Of a DNA stretch of 64,000 bases, positions 38,701-50,099 are shown piece after piece (positions within the stretch are counted from its first letter, which is position 1; every line of letters starts with the position of its first letter). This stretch comes from Yuukianura sp. NJ FZ-2021 (Eukaryota): positions 372,001-436,000 of the forward strand of contig JAJCTO010000009.1 in the NCBI GenBank assembly GCA_046563655.1, read 5' to 3'. The notes beneath the pieces were generated by a model. The model was not told where the DNA came from. It searched no databases and saw nothing but the letters and a program-made list of their open reading frames with translations. The position numbers and the translations under genes were made by a program.

Positions 38701-41700
38701 ACTTCAATTTGTGGAAAACCCACTTTTAGTCTTTTGCAGACGCATGTCTGCGACAGGCTGTGGAAGACTATTGACACAAACTTGTCGGTGTCGTGTTTTT
38801 AGGGCCTTTTGCACTGGAGTACTTAAGGCTGAACAGTCGAATATGTTTCATATTGAGCTAGCTTCTAGCGCGGTCTTTGTCTTGCTAATCTAACGTAAGT
38901 TTCAGCGTAAGTGGGTTAGGGCACTCATTTTAAAACCTCAGTGCGGCTTAGTATATCAAGTTACAACGTATCCGAGTAGCCTGCTCTAACATTTCTCTTT
39001 GTATCAAATTTAAGTGGAAAGTTTTCCGGCCATTTGACAAATTTATTGTCAAACGCGTCACATGGCATCATAACACAGTTTGTATGTTACACCAGCGACT
39101 GGACTTCAATTTGTGGAGAACCGACTTAGTTTTTTGCAGACGCATGTCTGCGATATGCTGTGGAAGACTATTGATACAAATTTGTCGGTGTCGTGTTTTT
39201 AGGGCCTTTTGCACTGGAGCACTTAAGGCGGAACAGTCGAATATGTTTCACATTGAGCTAGCTTCTAGCGCGGTCTTTGTCTTGCTAATCTAACGTAAGT
39301 TTCAGCGTAAGTGGGTTAGGGCACTCATTTTAAAACCTCAGTGCGGCTTAGTATATCAAGTTACAACGTATCCGAGTAGCCTGCTCTAACATTTCTCTTT
39401 GTATCAAATTTAAGTGGAAAGTTCCCCGGCCATTTGACAAAATTATTGTCAAACGCGTCACATGGCATCATAACACAGTTTGTATGTTACACCAGCGACT
39501 GGACTTCAGTTTGTGGAAAACCCACTTTTAGTTTTTTGCAGACGCATGTCTGCGATAGGCTGTGGAAGACTATTGATACAAATTTGTCGGTGTCGTGTTT
39601 TTAGGGCCTTTTGCACTGGAGCACTTAAGGCGGAACAGTCGAATATGTTTCACATTGAGCTAGCTTCTAGCGCGGTCTTTGTCTTGCTAATCTAACGTAA
39701 GTTTCAGCGTAAGTAGGTTACGGCACTGATTTTGAAACCTCAGTGCGGGTTAGTATATCAAGTTACAACGTATCTGAGTAGCCTGCTCTAACATTTCTCT
39801 TTGTATCAAATTTAAGTGGAAAGTTCCCCGGCCATTTGACAAATTTATTGTCAAACGCGTCACATGGCATCATAACACAGTTTGTATGTTACACCAGCGA
39901 CTGGACTTCAATTTGTGGAAAACCCACTTTTAGTCTTTTGCAGACGCATGTCTGCGACAGGCTGTGGAAGACTATTGACACAAACTTGTCGGTGTCGTGT
40001 TTTTAGGGCCTTTTGCACTGGAGTACTTAAGGCTGAACAGTCGAATATGTTTCATATTGAGCTAGCTTCTAGCGCGGTCTTTGTCTTGCTAATCTAACGT
40101 AAGTTTCAGCGTAAGTGGGTTAGGGCACTCATTTTAAAACCTCAGTGCGGCTTAGTATATCAAGTTACAACGTATCCGAGTAGCCTGCTCTAACATTTCT
40201 CTTTGTATCAAATTTAAGTGGAAAGTTTTCCGGCCATTTGACAAATTTATTGTCAAACGCGTCACATGGCATCATAACACAGTTTGTATGTTACACCAGC
40301 GACTGGACTTCAATTTGTGGAGAACCGACTTAGTTTTTTGCAGACGCATGTCTGCGATATGCTGTGGAAGACTATTGATACAAATTTGTCGGTGTCGTGT
40401 TTTTAGGGCCTTTTGCACTGGAGCACTTAAGGCGGAACAGTCGAATATGTTTCACATTGAGCTAGCTTCTAGCGCGGTCTTTGTCTTGCTAATCTAACGT
40501 AAGTTTCAGCGTAAGTGGGTTAGGGCACTCATTTTAAAACCTCAGTGCGGCTTAGTATATCAAGTTACAACGTATCCGAGTAGCCTGCTCTAACATTTCT
40601 CTTTGTATCAAATTTAAGTGGAAAGTTTTCCGGCCATTTGACAAATTTATTGTCAAACGCGTCACATGGCATCATAACACAGTTTGTATGTTACACCAGC
40701 GACTGGACTTCAATTTGTGGAGAACCGACTTTAGTTTTTTGCAGACGCATGTCTGCGATATGCTGTGGAAGACTATTGATACAAATTTGTCGGTGTCGTG
40801 TTTTTAGGGCCTTTTGCACTGGAGCACTTAAGGCGGAACAGTCGAATATGTTTCACATTGAGCTAGCTTCTAGCGCGGTCTTTGTCTTGCTAATCTAACG
40901 TAAGTTTCAGCGTAAGTGGGTTAGGGCACTCATTTTAAAACCTCAGTGCGGGTTAGTATATCAAGTTACAACGTATCTGAGTAGCCTGCTCTAACATTTC
41001 TCTTTGTATCAAATTTAAGTGGAAAGTTCCCCGGCCATTTGACAAATTTATTGTCAAACGCGTCACATGGCATCATAACACAGTTTGTATGTTACACCAG
41101 CGACTGGACTTCAATTTGTGGAAAACCCACTTTTAGTCTTTTGCAGACGCATGTCTGCGACAGGCTGTGGAAGACTATTGACACAAACTTGTCGGTGTCG
41201 TGTTTTTAGGGCCTTTTGCACTGGAGTACTTAAGGCTGAACAGTCGAATATGTTTCATATTGAGCTAGCTTCTAGCGCGGTCTTTGTCTTGCTAATCTAA
41301 CGTAAGTTTCAGCGTAAGTGGGTTAGGGCACTCATTTTAAAACCTCAGTGCGGCTTAGTATATCAAGTTACAACGTATCCGAGTAGCCTGCTCTAACATT
41401 TCTCTTTGTATCAAATTTAAGTGGAAAGTTTTCCGGCCATTTGACAAATTTATTGTCAAACGCGTCACATGGCATCATAACACAGTTTGTATGTTACACC
41501 AGCGACTGGACTTCAATTTGTGGAGAACCGACTTAGTTTTTTGCAGACGCATGTCTGCGATATGCTGTGGAAGACTATTGATACAAATTTGTCGGTGTCG
41601 TGTTTTTAGGGCCTTTTGCACTGGAGCACTTAAGGCGGAACAGTCGAATATGTTTCACATTGAGCTAGCTTCTAGCGCGGTCTTTGTCTTGCTAATCTAA

Positions 41701-44700
41701 CGTAAGTTTCAGCGTAAGTGGGTTAGGGCACTCATTTTAAAACCTCAGTGCGGGTTAGTATATCAAGTTACAACGTATCTGAGTAGCCTGCTCTAACATT
41801 TCTCTTTGTATCAAATTTAAGTGGAAAGTTCCCCGGCCATTTGACAAATTTATTGTCAAACGCGTCACATGGCATCATAACACAGTTTGTATGTTACACC
41901 AGCGACTGGACTTCAATTTGTGGAAAACCCACTTTTAGTCTTTTGCAGACGCATGTCTGCGACAGGCTGTGGAAGACTATTGACACAAACTTGTCGGTGT
42001 CGTGTTTTTAGGGCCTTTTGCACTGGAGTACTTAAGGCTGAACAGTCGAATATGTTTCATATTGAGCTAGCTTCTAGCGCGGTCTTTGTCTTGCTAATCT
42101 AACGTAAGTTTCAGCGTAAGTGGGTTAGGGCACTCATTTTAAAACCTCAGTGCGGCTTAGTATATCAAGTTACAACGTATCCGAGTAGCCTGCTCTAACA
42201 TTTCTCTTTGTATCAAATTTAAGTGGAAAGTTTTCCGGCCATTTGACAAATTTATTGTCAAACGCGTCACATGGCATCATAACACAGTTTGTATGTTACA
42301 CCAGCGACTGGACTTCAATTTGTGGAGAACCGACTTGGTTTTTTGCAGACGCATGTCTGCGATATGCTGTGGAAGACTATTGATACAAATTTGTCGGTGT
42401 CGTGTTTTTAGGGCCTTTTGCACTGGAGCACTTAAGGCGGAACAGTCGAATATGTTTCACATTGAGCTAGCTTCTAGCGCGGTCTTTGTCTTGCTAATCT
42501 AACGTAAGTTTCAGCGTAAGTGGGTTAGGGCACTCATTTTGAAACCTCAGTGCGGCTTAGTATATCAAGTTACAACGTATCTGAGTAGCCTGCTCTAACA
42601 TTTCTCTTTGTATCAAATTTAAGTGGAAAGTTTTCCGGCCATTTGACAAATTTATTGTCAAACGCGTCACATGGCATCATAACACAGTTTGTATGTTACA
42701 CCAGCGACTGGACTTCAATTTGTGGAGAACCCACTTTTAGTTTTTTGCAGACGCATGTCTGCGATATGCTGTGGAAGACTATTGATACAAATTTGTCGGT
42801 GTCGTGTTTTTAGGGCCTTTTGCACTGGAGCACTTAAGGCGGAACAGTCGAATATGTTTCACATTGAGCTAGCTTCTAGCGCGGTCTTTGTCTTGCTAAT
42901 CTAACGTAAGTTTCAGCGTAAGTGGGTTAGGGCACTCATTTTAAAACCTCAGTGCGGCTTAGTATATCAAGTTACAACGTATCCGAGTAGCCTGCTCTAA
43001 CATTTCTCTTTGTATCAAATTTAAGTGGAAAGTTCCCCGGCCATTTGACAAATTTATTGTCAAACGCGTCACATGGCATCATAACACAGTTTGTATGTTA
43101 CACCAGCGACTGGACTTCAATTTGTGGAGAACCGACTTAGTTTTTTGCAGACGCATGTCTGCGATATGCTGTGGAAGACTATTGATACAAATTTGTCGGT
43201 GTCGTGTTTTTAGGGCCTTTTGCACTGGAGCACTTAAGGCGGAACAGTCGAATATGTTTCACATTGAGCTAGCTTCTAGCGCGGTCTTTGTCTTGCTAAT
43301 CTAACGTAAGTTTCAGCGTAAGTGGGTTAGGGCACTCATTTTAAAACCTCAGTGCGGCTTAGTATATCAAGTTACAACGTATCTGAGTAGCCTGCTCTAA
43401 CATTTCTCTTTGTATCAAATTTAAGTGGAAAGTTTCCCGGCCATTTGACAAATTTATTGTCAAACGCGTCACATGGCATCATAACACAGTTTGTATGTTA
43501 CACCAGCGACTGGACTTCAATTTGTGGAGAACCCACTTTTAGTTTTTTGCAGACGCATGTCTGCGATATGCTGTGGAAGACTATTGATACAAATTTGTCG
43601 GTGTCGTGTTTTTAGGGCCTTTTGCACTGGAGCACTTAAGGCGGAACAGTCGAATATGTTTCACATTGAGCTAGCTTCTAGCGCGGTCTTTGTCTTGCTA
43701 ATCTAACGTAAGTTTCAGCGTAAGTGGGTTAGGGCACTCATTTTGAAACCTCAGTGCGGCTTAGTATATCAAGTTACAACGTATCTGAGTAGCCTGCTCT
43801 AACATTTCTCTTTGTATCAAATTTAAGTGGAAAGTTTCCCGGCCATTTGACAAATTCATTGTCAAACGCGTCACATGGCATCATAACACAGTTTGTATGT
43901 TACACCAGCGACTGGACTTCAATTTGTGGAAAACCCACTTTTAGTCTTTTGCAGACGCATGTCTGCGACAGGCTGTGGAAGACTATTGATACAAACTTGT
44001 CGGTGTCGTGTTTTTAGGGCCCTTTGCACTGGAGTACTTAAGGCGGAACAGTCGAATATGTTTCACGTAGAGCTAGTTTCTAGCGCGGTCTCTGTCTTGC
44101 TAATCTAACGTAAGTTTCAGCGTAAGTAGTTTACGGCACTGATTTTGAAACCTCAGTGCGGGTTAGTATATCAAGTTACAACGTATCTGAGTAGCCTGCT
44201 CTAACATTTCTCTTTGTATCAAATTTAAGTGGAAAGTTTCCCGGCCATTTGACAAATTCATTGTCAAACGCGTCACATGGCATCATAACACAGTTTGTAT
44301 GTTACACCAGCGACTGGACTTCAATTTGTGGAAAACCCACTTTTAGTCTTTTGCAGACGCATGTCTGCGACAGGCTGTGGAAGACTATTGATACAAACTT
44401 GTCGGTGTCGTGTTTTTAGGGCCCTTTGCACTGGAGTACTTAAGGCGGAACAGTCGAATATGTTTCACGTAGAGCTAGTTTCTAGCGCGGTCTCTGTCTT
44501 GCTAATCTAACGTAAGTTTCAGCGTAAGTAGTTTACGGCACTGATTTTGAAACCTCAGTGCGGGTTAGTATATCAAGTTACAACGTATCTGAGTAGCCTG
44601 CTCTAACATTTCTCTTTGTATCAAATTTAAGTGGAAAGTTCCCCGGCCATTTGACAAAATTATTGTCAAACGCGTCACATGGCATCATAACACAGCTTGT

Positions 44701-47700
44701 ATGTTACACCAGCGACTGGACTTCAGTTTGTGGAAAACCCACTTTTAGTTTTTTGCAGACGCATGTCTGCGATAGGCTGTGGAAGACTATTGATACAAAT
44801 TTGTCGGTGTCGTGTTTTTAGGGCCCTTTGCACTGGAGTACTTAAGGCGGAACAGTCGAATATGTTTCACGTAGAGCTAGTTTCTAGCGCGGTCTCTGTC
44901 TTGCTAATCTAACGTAAGTTTCAGCGTAAGTAGGTTACGGCAATGATTTTGAAACCTCAGTGCGGCTTAGTATATCAAGTTACAACGTATCTGAGTAGCC
45001 TGCTCTAACATTTCTCTTTGTATCAAATTTAAGTGGAAAGTTTCCCGGCCATTTGACAAATTCATTGTCAAACGCGTCACATGGCATCATAACACAGTTT
45101 GTATGTTACACCAGCGACTGGACTTCAATTTGTGGAAAACCCACTTTTAGTGTTTTGCAGACGCATGTCTGCGACAGGCTGTGGAAGACTATTGATACAA
45201 ATTTGTCGGTGTCGTGTTTTTAGGGCCCTTTGCGGTGGAGTACTTAAGGCGGAACAGTCGAATATGTTTCTCATAGAGCTAGCTTCTAGCGCGGTCTCTG
45301 TCTTGCTAATCTAACGTAAGTTTCAGCGTAAGTAGGTTACGGCACTGATTTTGAAACCTCAGTGCGGGTTAGTATATCAAGTTACAACGTATCTGAGTAG
45401 CCTGCTCTAACATTTCTCTTTGTATCAAATTTAAGTGGAAAGTTCCCCGGCCATTTGACAAATTTATTGTCAAACGCGTCACATGGCATCATAACACAGT
45501 TTGTATGTTACACCAGCGACTGGACTTCAATTTGTGGAGAACCCACTTTTAGTTTTTTGCAGACGCATGTCTGCGATATGCTGTGGAAGACTATTGATAC
45601 AAATTTGTCGGTGTCGTGTTTTTAGGGCCTTTTGCACTGGAGCACTTAAGGCGGAACAGTCGAATATGTTTCACATTGAGCTAGCTTCTAGCGCGGTCTT
45701 TGTCTTGCTAATCTAACGTAAGTTTCAGCGTAAGTGGGTTAGGGCACTCATTTTGAAACCTCAGTGCGGCTTAGTATATCAAGTTACAACGTATCTGAGT
45801 AGCCTGCTCTAACATTTCTCTTTGTATCAAATTTAAGTGGAAAGTTTCCCGGCCATTTGACAAATTCATTGTCAAACGCGTCACATGGCATCATAACACA
45901 GTTTGTATGTTACACCAGCGACTGGACTTCAATTTGTGGAAAACCCACTTTTAGTCTTTTGCAGACGCATGTCTGCGACAGGCTGTGGAAGACTATTGAT
46001 ACAAACTTGTCGGTGTCGTGTTTTTAGGGCCCTTTGCACTGGAGTACTTAAGGCGGAACAGTCGAATATGTTTCACGTAGAGCTAGTTTCTAGCGCGGTC
46101 TCTGTCTTGCTAATCTAACGTAAGTTTCAGCGTAAGTAGTTTACGGCACTGATTTTGAAACCTCAGTGCGGGTTAGTATATCAAGTTACAACGTATCTGA
46201 GTAGCCTGCTCTAACATTTCTCTTTGTATCAAATTTAAGTGGAAAGTTTCCCGGCCATTTGACAAATTCATTGTCAAACGCGTCTCATGGCATCATAACA
46301 CAGTTTGTATGTTACACCAGCGACTGGACTTCAATTTGTGGAAAACCCACTTTTAGTCTTTTGCAGACGCATGTCTGCGACAGGCTGTGGAAGACTATTG
46401 ATACAAACTTGTCGGTGTCGTGTTTTTAGGGCCCTTTGCACTGGAGTACTTAAGGCGGAACAGTCGAATATGTTTCACGTAGAGCTAGTTTCTAGCGCGG
46501 TCTCTGTCTTGCTAATCTAACGTAAGTTTCAGCGTAAGTAGTTTACGGCACTGATTTTGAAACCTCAGTGCGGGTTAGTATATCAAGTTACAACGTATCT
46601 GAGTAGCCTGCTCTAACATTTCTCTTTGTATCAAATTTAAGTGGAAAGTTCCCCGGCCATTTGACAAAATTATTGTCAAACGCGTCACATGGCATCATAA
46701 AACAGCTTGTATGTTACACCAGCGACTGGACTTCAGTTTGTGGAAAACCCACTTTTAGTTTTTTGCAGACGCATGTCTGCGATAGGCTGTGGAAGACTAT
46801 TGATACAAATTTGTCGGTGTCGTGTTTTTAGGGCCCTTTGCACTGGAGTACTTAAGGCGGAACAGTCGAATATGTTTCACGTAGAGCTAGTTTCTAGCGC
46901 GGTCTCTGTCTTGCTAATCTAACGTAAGTTTCAGCGTAAGTAGGTTACGGCAATGATTTTGAAAACTCAGTGCGGCTTAGTATATCAAGTTACAACGTAT
47001 CTGAGTAGCCTGCTCTAACATTTCTCTTTGTATCAAATTTAAGTGGAAAGTTTCCCGGCCATTTGACAAATTCATTGTCAAACGCGTCACATGGCATCAT
47101 AACACAGTTTGTATGTTACACCAGCGACTGGACTTCAATTTGTGGAAAACCCACTTTTAGTGTTTTGCAGACGCATGTCTGCGACAGGCTGTGGAAGACT
47201 ATTGATACAAATTTGTCGGTGTCGTGTTTTTAGGGCCCTTTGCGGTGGAGTACTTAAGGCGGAACAGTCGAATATGTTTCTCATAGAGCTAGCTTCTAGC
47301 GCGGTCTCTGTCTTGCTAATCTAACGTAAGTTTCAGCGTAAGTAGGTTACGGCACTGATTTTGAAACCTCAGTGCGGGTTAGTATATCAAGTTACAACGT
47401 ATCTGAGTAGCCTGCTCTAACATTTCTCTTTGTATCAAATTTAAGTGGAAAGTTCCCCGGCCATTTGACAAATTTATTGTCAAACGCGTCACATGGCATC
47501 ATAACACAGTTTGTATGTTACACCAGCGACTGGACTTCAATTTGTGGAAAACCCACTTTTAGTCTTTTGCAGACGCATGTCTGCGACAGGCTGTGGAAGA
47601 CTATTGACACAAACTTGTCGGTGTCGTGTTTTTAGGGCCTTTTGCACTGGAGTACTTAAGGCGGAACAGTCGAATATGTTTCATATTGAGCTAGCTTCTA

Positions 47701-47920
47701 GCGCGGTCTTTGTCTTGCTAATCTAACGTAAGTTTCAGCGTAAGTGGGTTAGGGCACTCATTTTAAAACCTCAGTGCGGCTTAGTATATCAAGTTACAAC
47801 GTATCCGAGTAGCCTGCTCTAACATTTCTCTTTGTATCAAATTTAAGTGGAAAGTTTTCCGGCCATTTGACAAATTTATTGTCAAACGCGTCACATGGCA
47901 TCATAACACAGTTTGTATGT
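35774..47920. repeat. Satellite B: 400-402-bp tandem array (about 30 monomers)
   Basis: The monomer catttctctttgtatcaaatttaagtggaaag...gagtagcctgctctaa repeats every 400-402 bp. Confidence 0.99.
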
Positions 47921-48325
47921 TGTAGAGCCCCGGTTTTCCCCCATTAGGTTAGGGTCAGTTGCCCCTTGAGGTTAGGGTGTGGCCCTAGATTAGTGTTAGG
48001 TTAGTGTAGTTAGGCTTTAGTGTAGTTTAGCCTGTAGTGAGATTTGGTTTGGCGTTTTAGCGCGAGTTTCGAGTAGAGTTGGCGTGGTAGAGGAGAGAGA
48101 GGCTGGTTGTGCCAGTCAGTCGGTTTTTGGTGTTTGGTTCAGCATGAGCTGAGACTTTGTATCATTGTGTACAAATAAATATCTTTTATATTTATTTGTC
48201 TCTGTGTCTTTGTGTTGTTCCTTGGTGTCCCTTTTGGTCCTCAGTTTTGTTGCATGAGTCCGGCAGTGCTCGGATCGTAGTCTGGAGGCCATCTTTGGCA
48301 GTTTGGCGTAGCACGAGGTGCTACA
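47921..48325 (+). repeat. Gypsy 5' LTR
   Basis: tgtagagccc...gaggtgctaca, identical by eye to 62339-62743. Confidence 0.98.
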
Positions 48326-48327
48326 CA

Positions 48328-48337
48328 TGGCGACCGT
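48328..48337 (+). promoter_or_regulatory. Primer binding site, tRNA-Arg-like
   Basis: TGGCGACCGT lies 2 nt after the LTR and matches the tRNA-Arg type PBS known from insect mdg1/412-type elements. Confidence 0.75.
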
Positions 48338-48566
48338 TTTGTGAGTGTTACTGCTGAGGTCAAAGGTCACAATGGTGTAACAACACATGGTGAGTGTTTA
48401 AAAACTTTTATTCTGTGTCACGTGGGATCAAGACATCATGTAATTGTTCGTGTGTGGACGTTACCCTTGGTCAAAGGGAATTGGCCATAATTCAGAAGTG
48501 GATCATCTCTAAATCTTGTACATAGAAGGAGGAAGTTGCCGAAACAACTTCCACTGGATCCACTCC

Positions 48567-50099
48567 ATGTCAGACAGAAAACCAGTAAGTAAAGAATTAA
48601 AAAATTTGGAAATTGATCCTACAGTGACATTTAAGCTACCAGAGCTTAGTCCAACATCAGATTCGGAAGGACCATTCCTCCGAAGTCAAGAAAGTAAGAT
48701 TCCGACTCCAAGTACATCCCCAAAAATCATTGTCAGTGCTCCCGGTTCATCAGTAACCATGGCAACATACACCAAGGAGGAAGTTGACAGATTAGTGGCC
48801 GAGGCCGTGGCCCATGCTGTGCGCGGCGTGGAGCAGAGATTAGTTCAGCGGGTGACCGGTGGAGTCGCTGCGGTGACTCCAGCCCCTGCGGAGGCAGATC
48901 CAGTTGGTCAGACCCAAGCATTGATAACAGCATTGAAGAGCATCAAGTTCACATCTTTATCATCTAAATTGCCTGTGCCGAGTTTTGATCCTAAGAAGAT
49001 GTCAGCGGCAGGCTACCTTAATGAAGTAGAGCGTTACTTCACTGCTCAAGGACATGAGCAAAGGCAGTTTCTTTATCTTGTGAAGACGGTCTTGCCTGTT
49101 GAATCTCAACCATGGCTTGACCACATCCTAGTGACAGTGACAGACTGGGATTCATTCAAAGACGCATTTATCAGCAGATATGATAATTGGATGGACGTGG
49201 CAGAACGAACGAGGCTTCTGCACACAAGAAGACAACTGTTCAACGAGTCTGTTGAATTTTATTTGTATGATGTGGTTCGTTGCTCCAGATTAATTTATCC
49301 ACATGAGTCAGTGGCTGATGCAGTGCTACGTGCTAAATTAGGTTTGAATCCGAGGATTCGCACAGCCCTTGGAACTCAACAATTCGACACAGTGGAATCA
49401 CTTTTTGATGCATGTCGAATTGCACATGCAAATTTGACAGCAGAAGACAGAATCACAAAAAACAAATTCGGATTACCTCCAATTGTCAAGGTCGACTCAA
49501 AGTCAGATTCACTTAAGAAAGATGATAATTCCACTAATTCGAATGCTGGAAGTTCTGCTGGAACTTCCAATGGGAATAATTGGTTTCGTGGGAAGGAAGC
49601 TAAGAATAATGGCTTCCGTGGAAACTGGAAAGGCAAGGGAAATGGCTACAAGAATTATTCCAGTGATCAATCCCCGACTAATGGAAGTAATGGAAGTCTG
49701 AACAGTGGACATTCCTCATCTCAACCCAATGACCAGTCACAAGGTCAAAGTTCAAAATCCAATTATGACAAGAATTCAGTGCAGCCTCAAAATGATTCAT
49801 CTGCACGTGGGAAGGGCGGTTACCGTGGTAATCGTGGTTCTTCTAATGACAACGACCGTGGTGGTGGTCAAGGCAGAGGTCAAGGCCAGACCTCTAGGCA
49901 AGACTTAAGTGATGTTCAGTGCTTCAAGTGTAATGGTTTCGGGCATCGTAAGTTTCAGTGTCCATCAGGTGTTGGTTTGGCTTTAGGGTCATTTCCTGAG
50001 GAGGTCCCTCAAGGACCTCCAGTTCCAAAGAAGAAGAAGGAGCCACCTGAAAAACATGAAGCGTCGACTTCTAATGAGAAGTTAAACGCGCAGTGGTGA
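48567..50099 (+). CDS. gag: Gypsy Gag (capsid-like region, CCHC zinc knuckle)
   Basis: Retrotransposon-gag-like segment (WDSFKDAFISRY...Q..NESVEFY), an RGG/Asn-rich region and CFKCNGFGHRKFQC. The first ATG (MSDRK) is taken as the start. Confidence 0.9.
   Translation: MSDRKPVSKELKNLEIDPTVTFKLPELSPTSDSEGPFLRSQESKIPTPSTSPKIIVSAPGSSVTMATYTKEEVDRLVAEAVAHAVRGVEQRLVQRVTGGVAAVTPAPAEADPVGQTQALITALKSIKFTSLSSKLPVPSFDPKKMSAAGYLNEVERYFTAQGHEQRQFLYLVKTVLPVESQPWLDHILVTVTDWDSFKDAFISRYDNWMDVAERTRLLHTRRQLFNESVEFYLYDVVRCSRLIYPHESVADAVLRAKLGLNPRIRTALGTQQFDTVESLFDACRIAHANLTAEDRITKNKFGLPPIVKVDSKSDSLKKDDNSTNSNAGSSAGTSNGNNWFRGKEAKNNGFRGNWKGKGNGYKNYSSDQSPTNGSNGSLNSGHSSSQPNDQSQGQSSKSNYDKNSVQPQNDSSARGKGGYRGNRGSSNDNDRGGGQGRGQGQTSRQDLSDVQCFKCNGFGHRKFQCPSGVGLALGSFPEEVPQGPPVPKKKKEPPEKHEASTSNEKLNAQW

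Noticed and set aside
35770..47726. Repeated 69-86 aa ORFs in satellite B
   Set aside because: Monomer artefacts with no domain signal; frames change with small indels.
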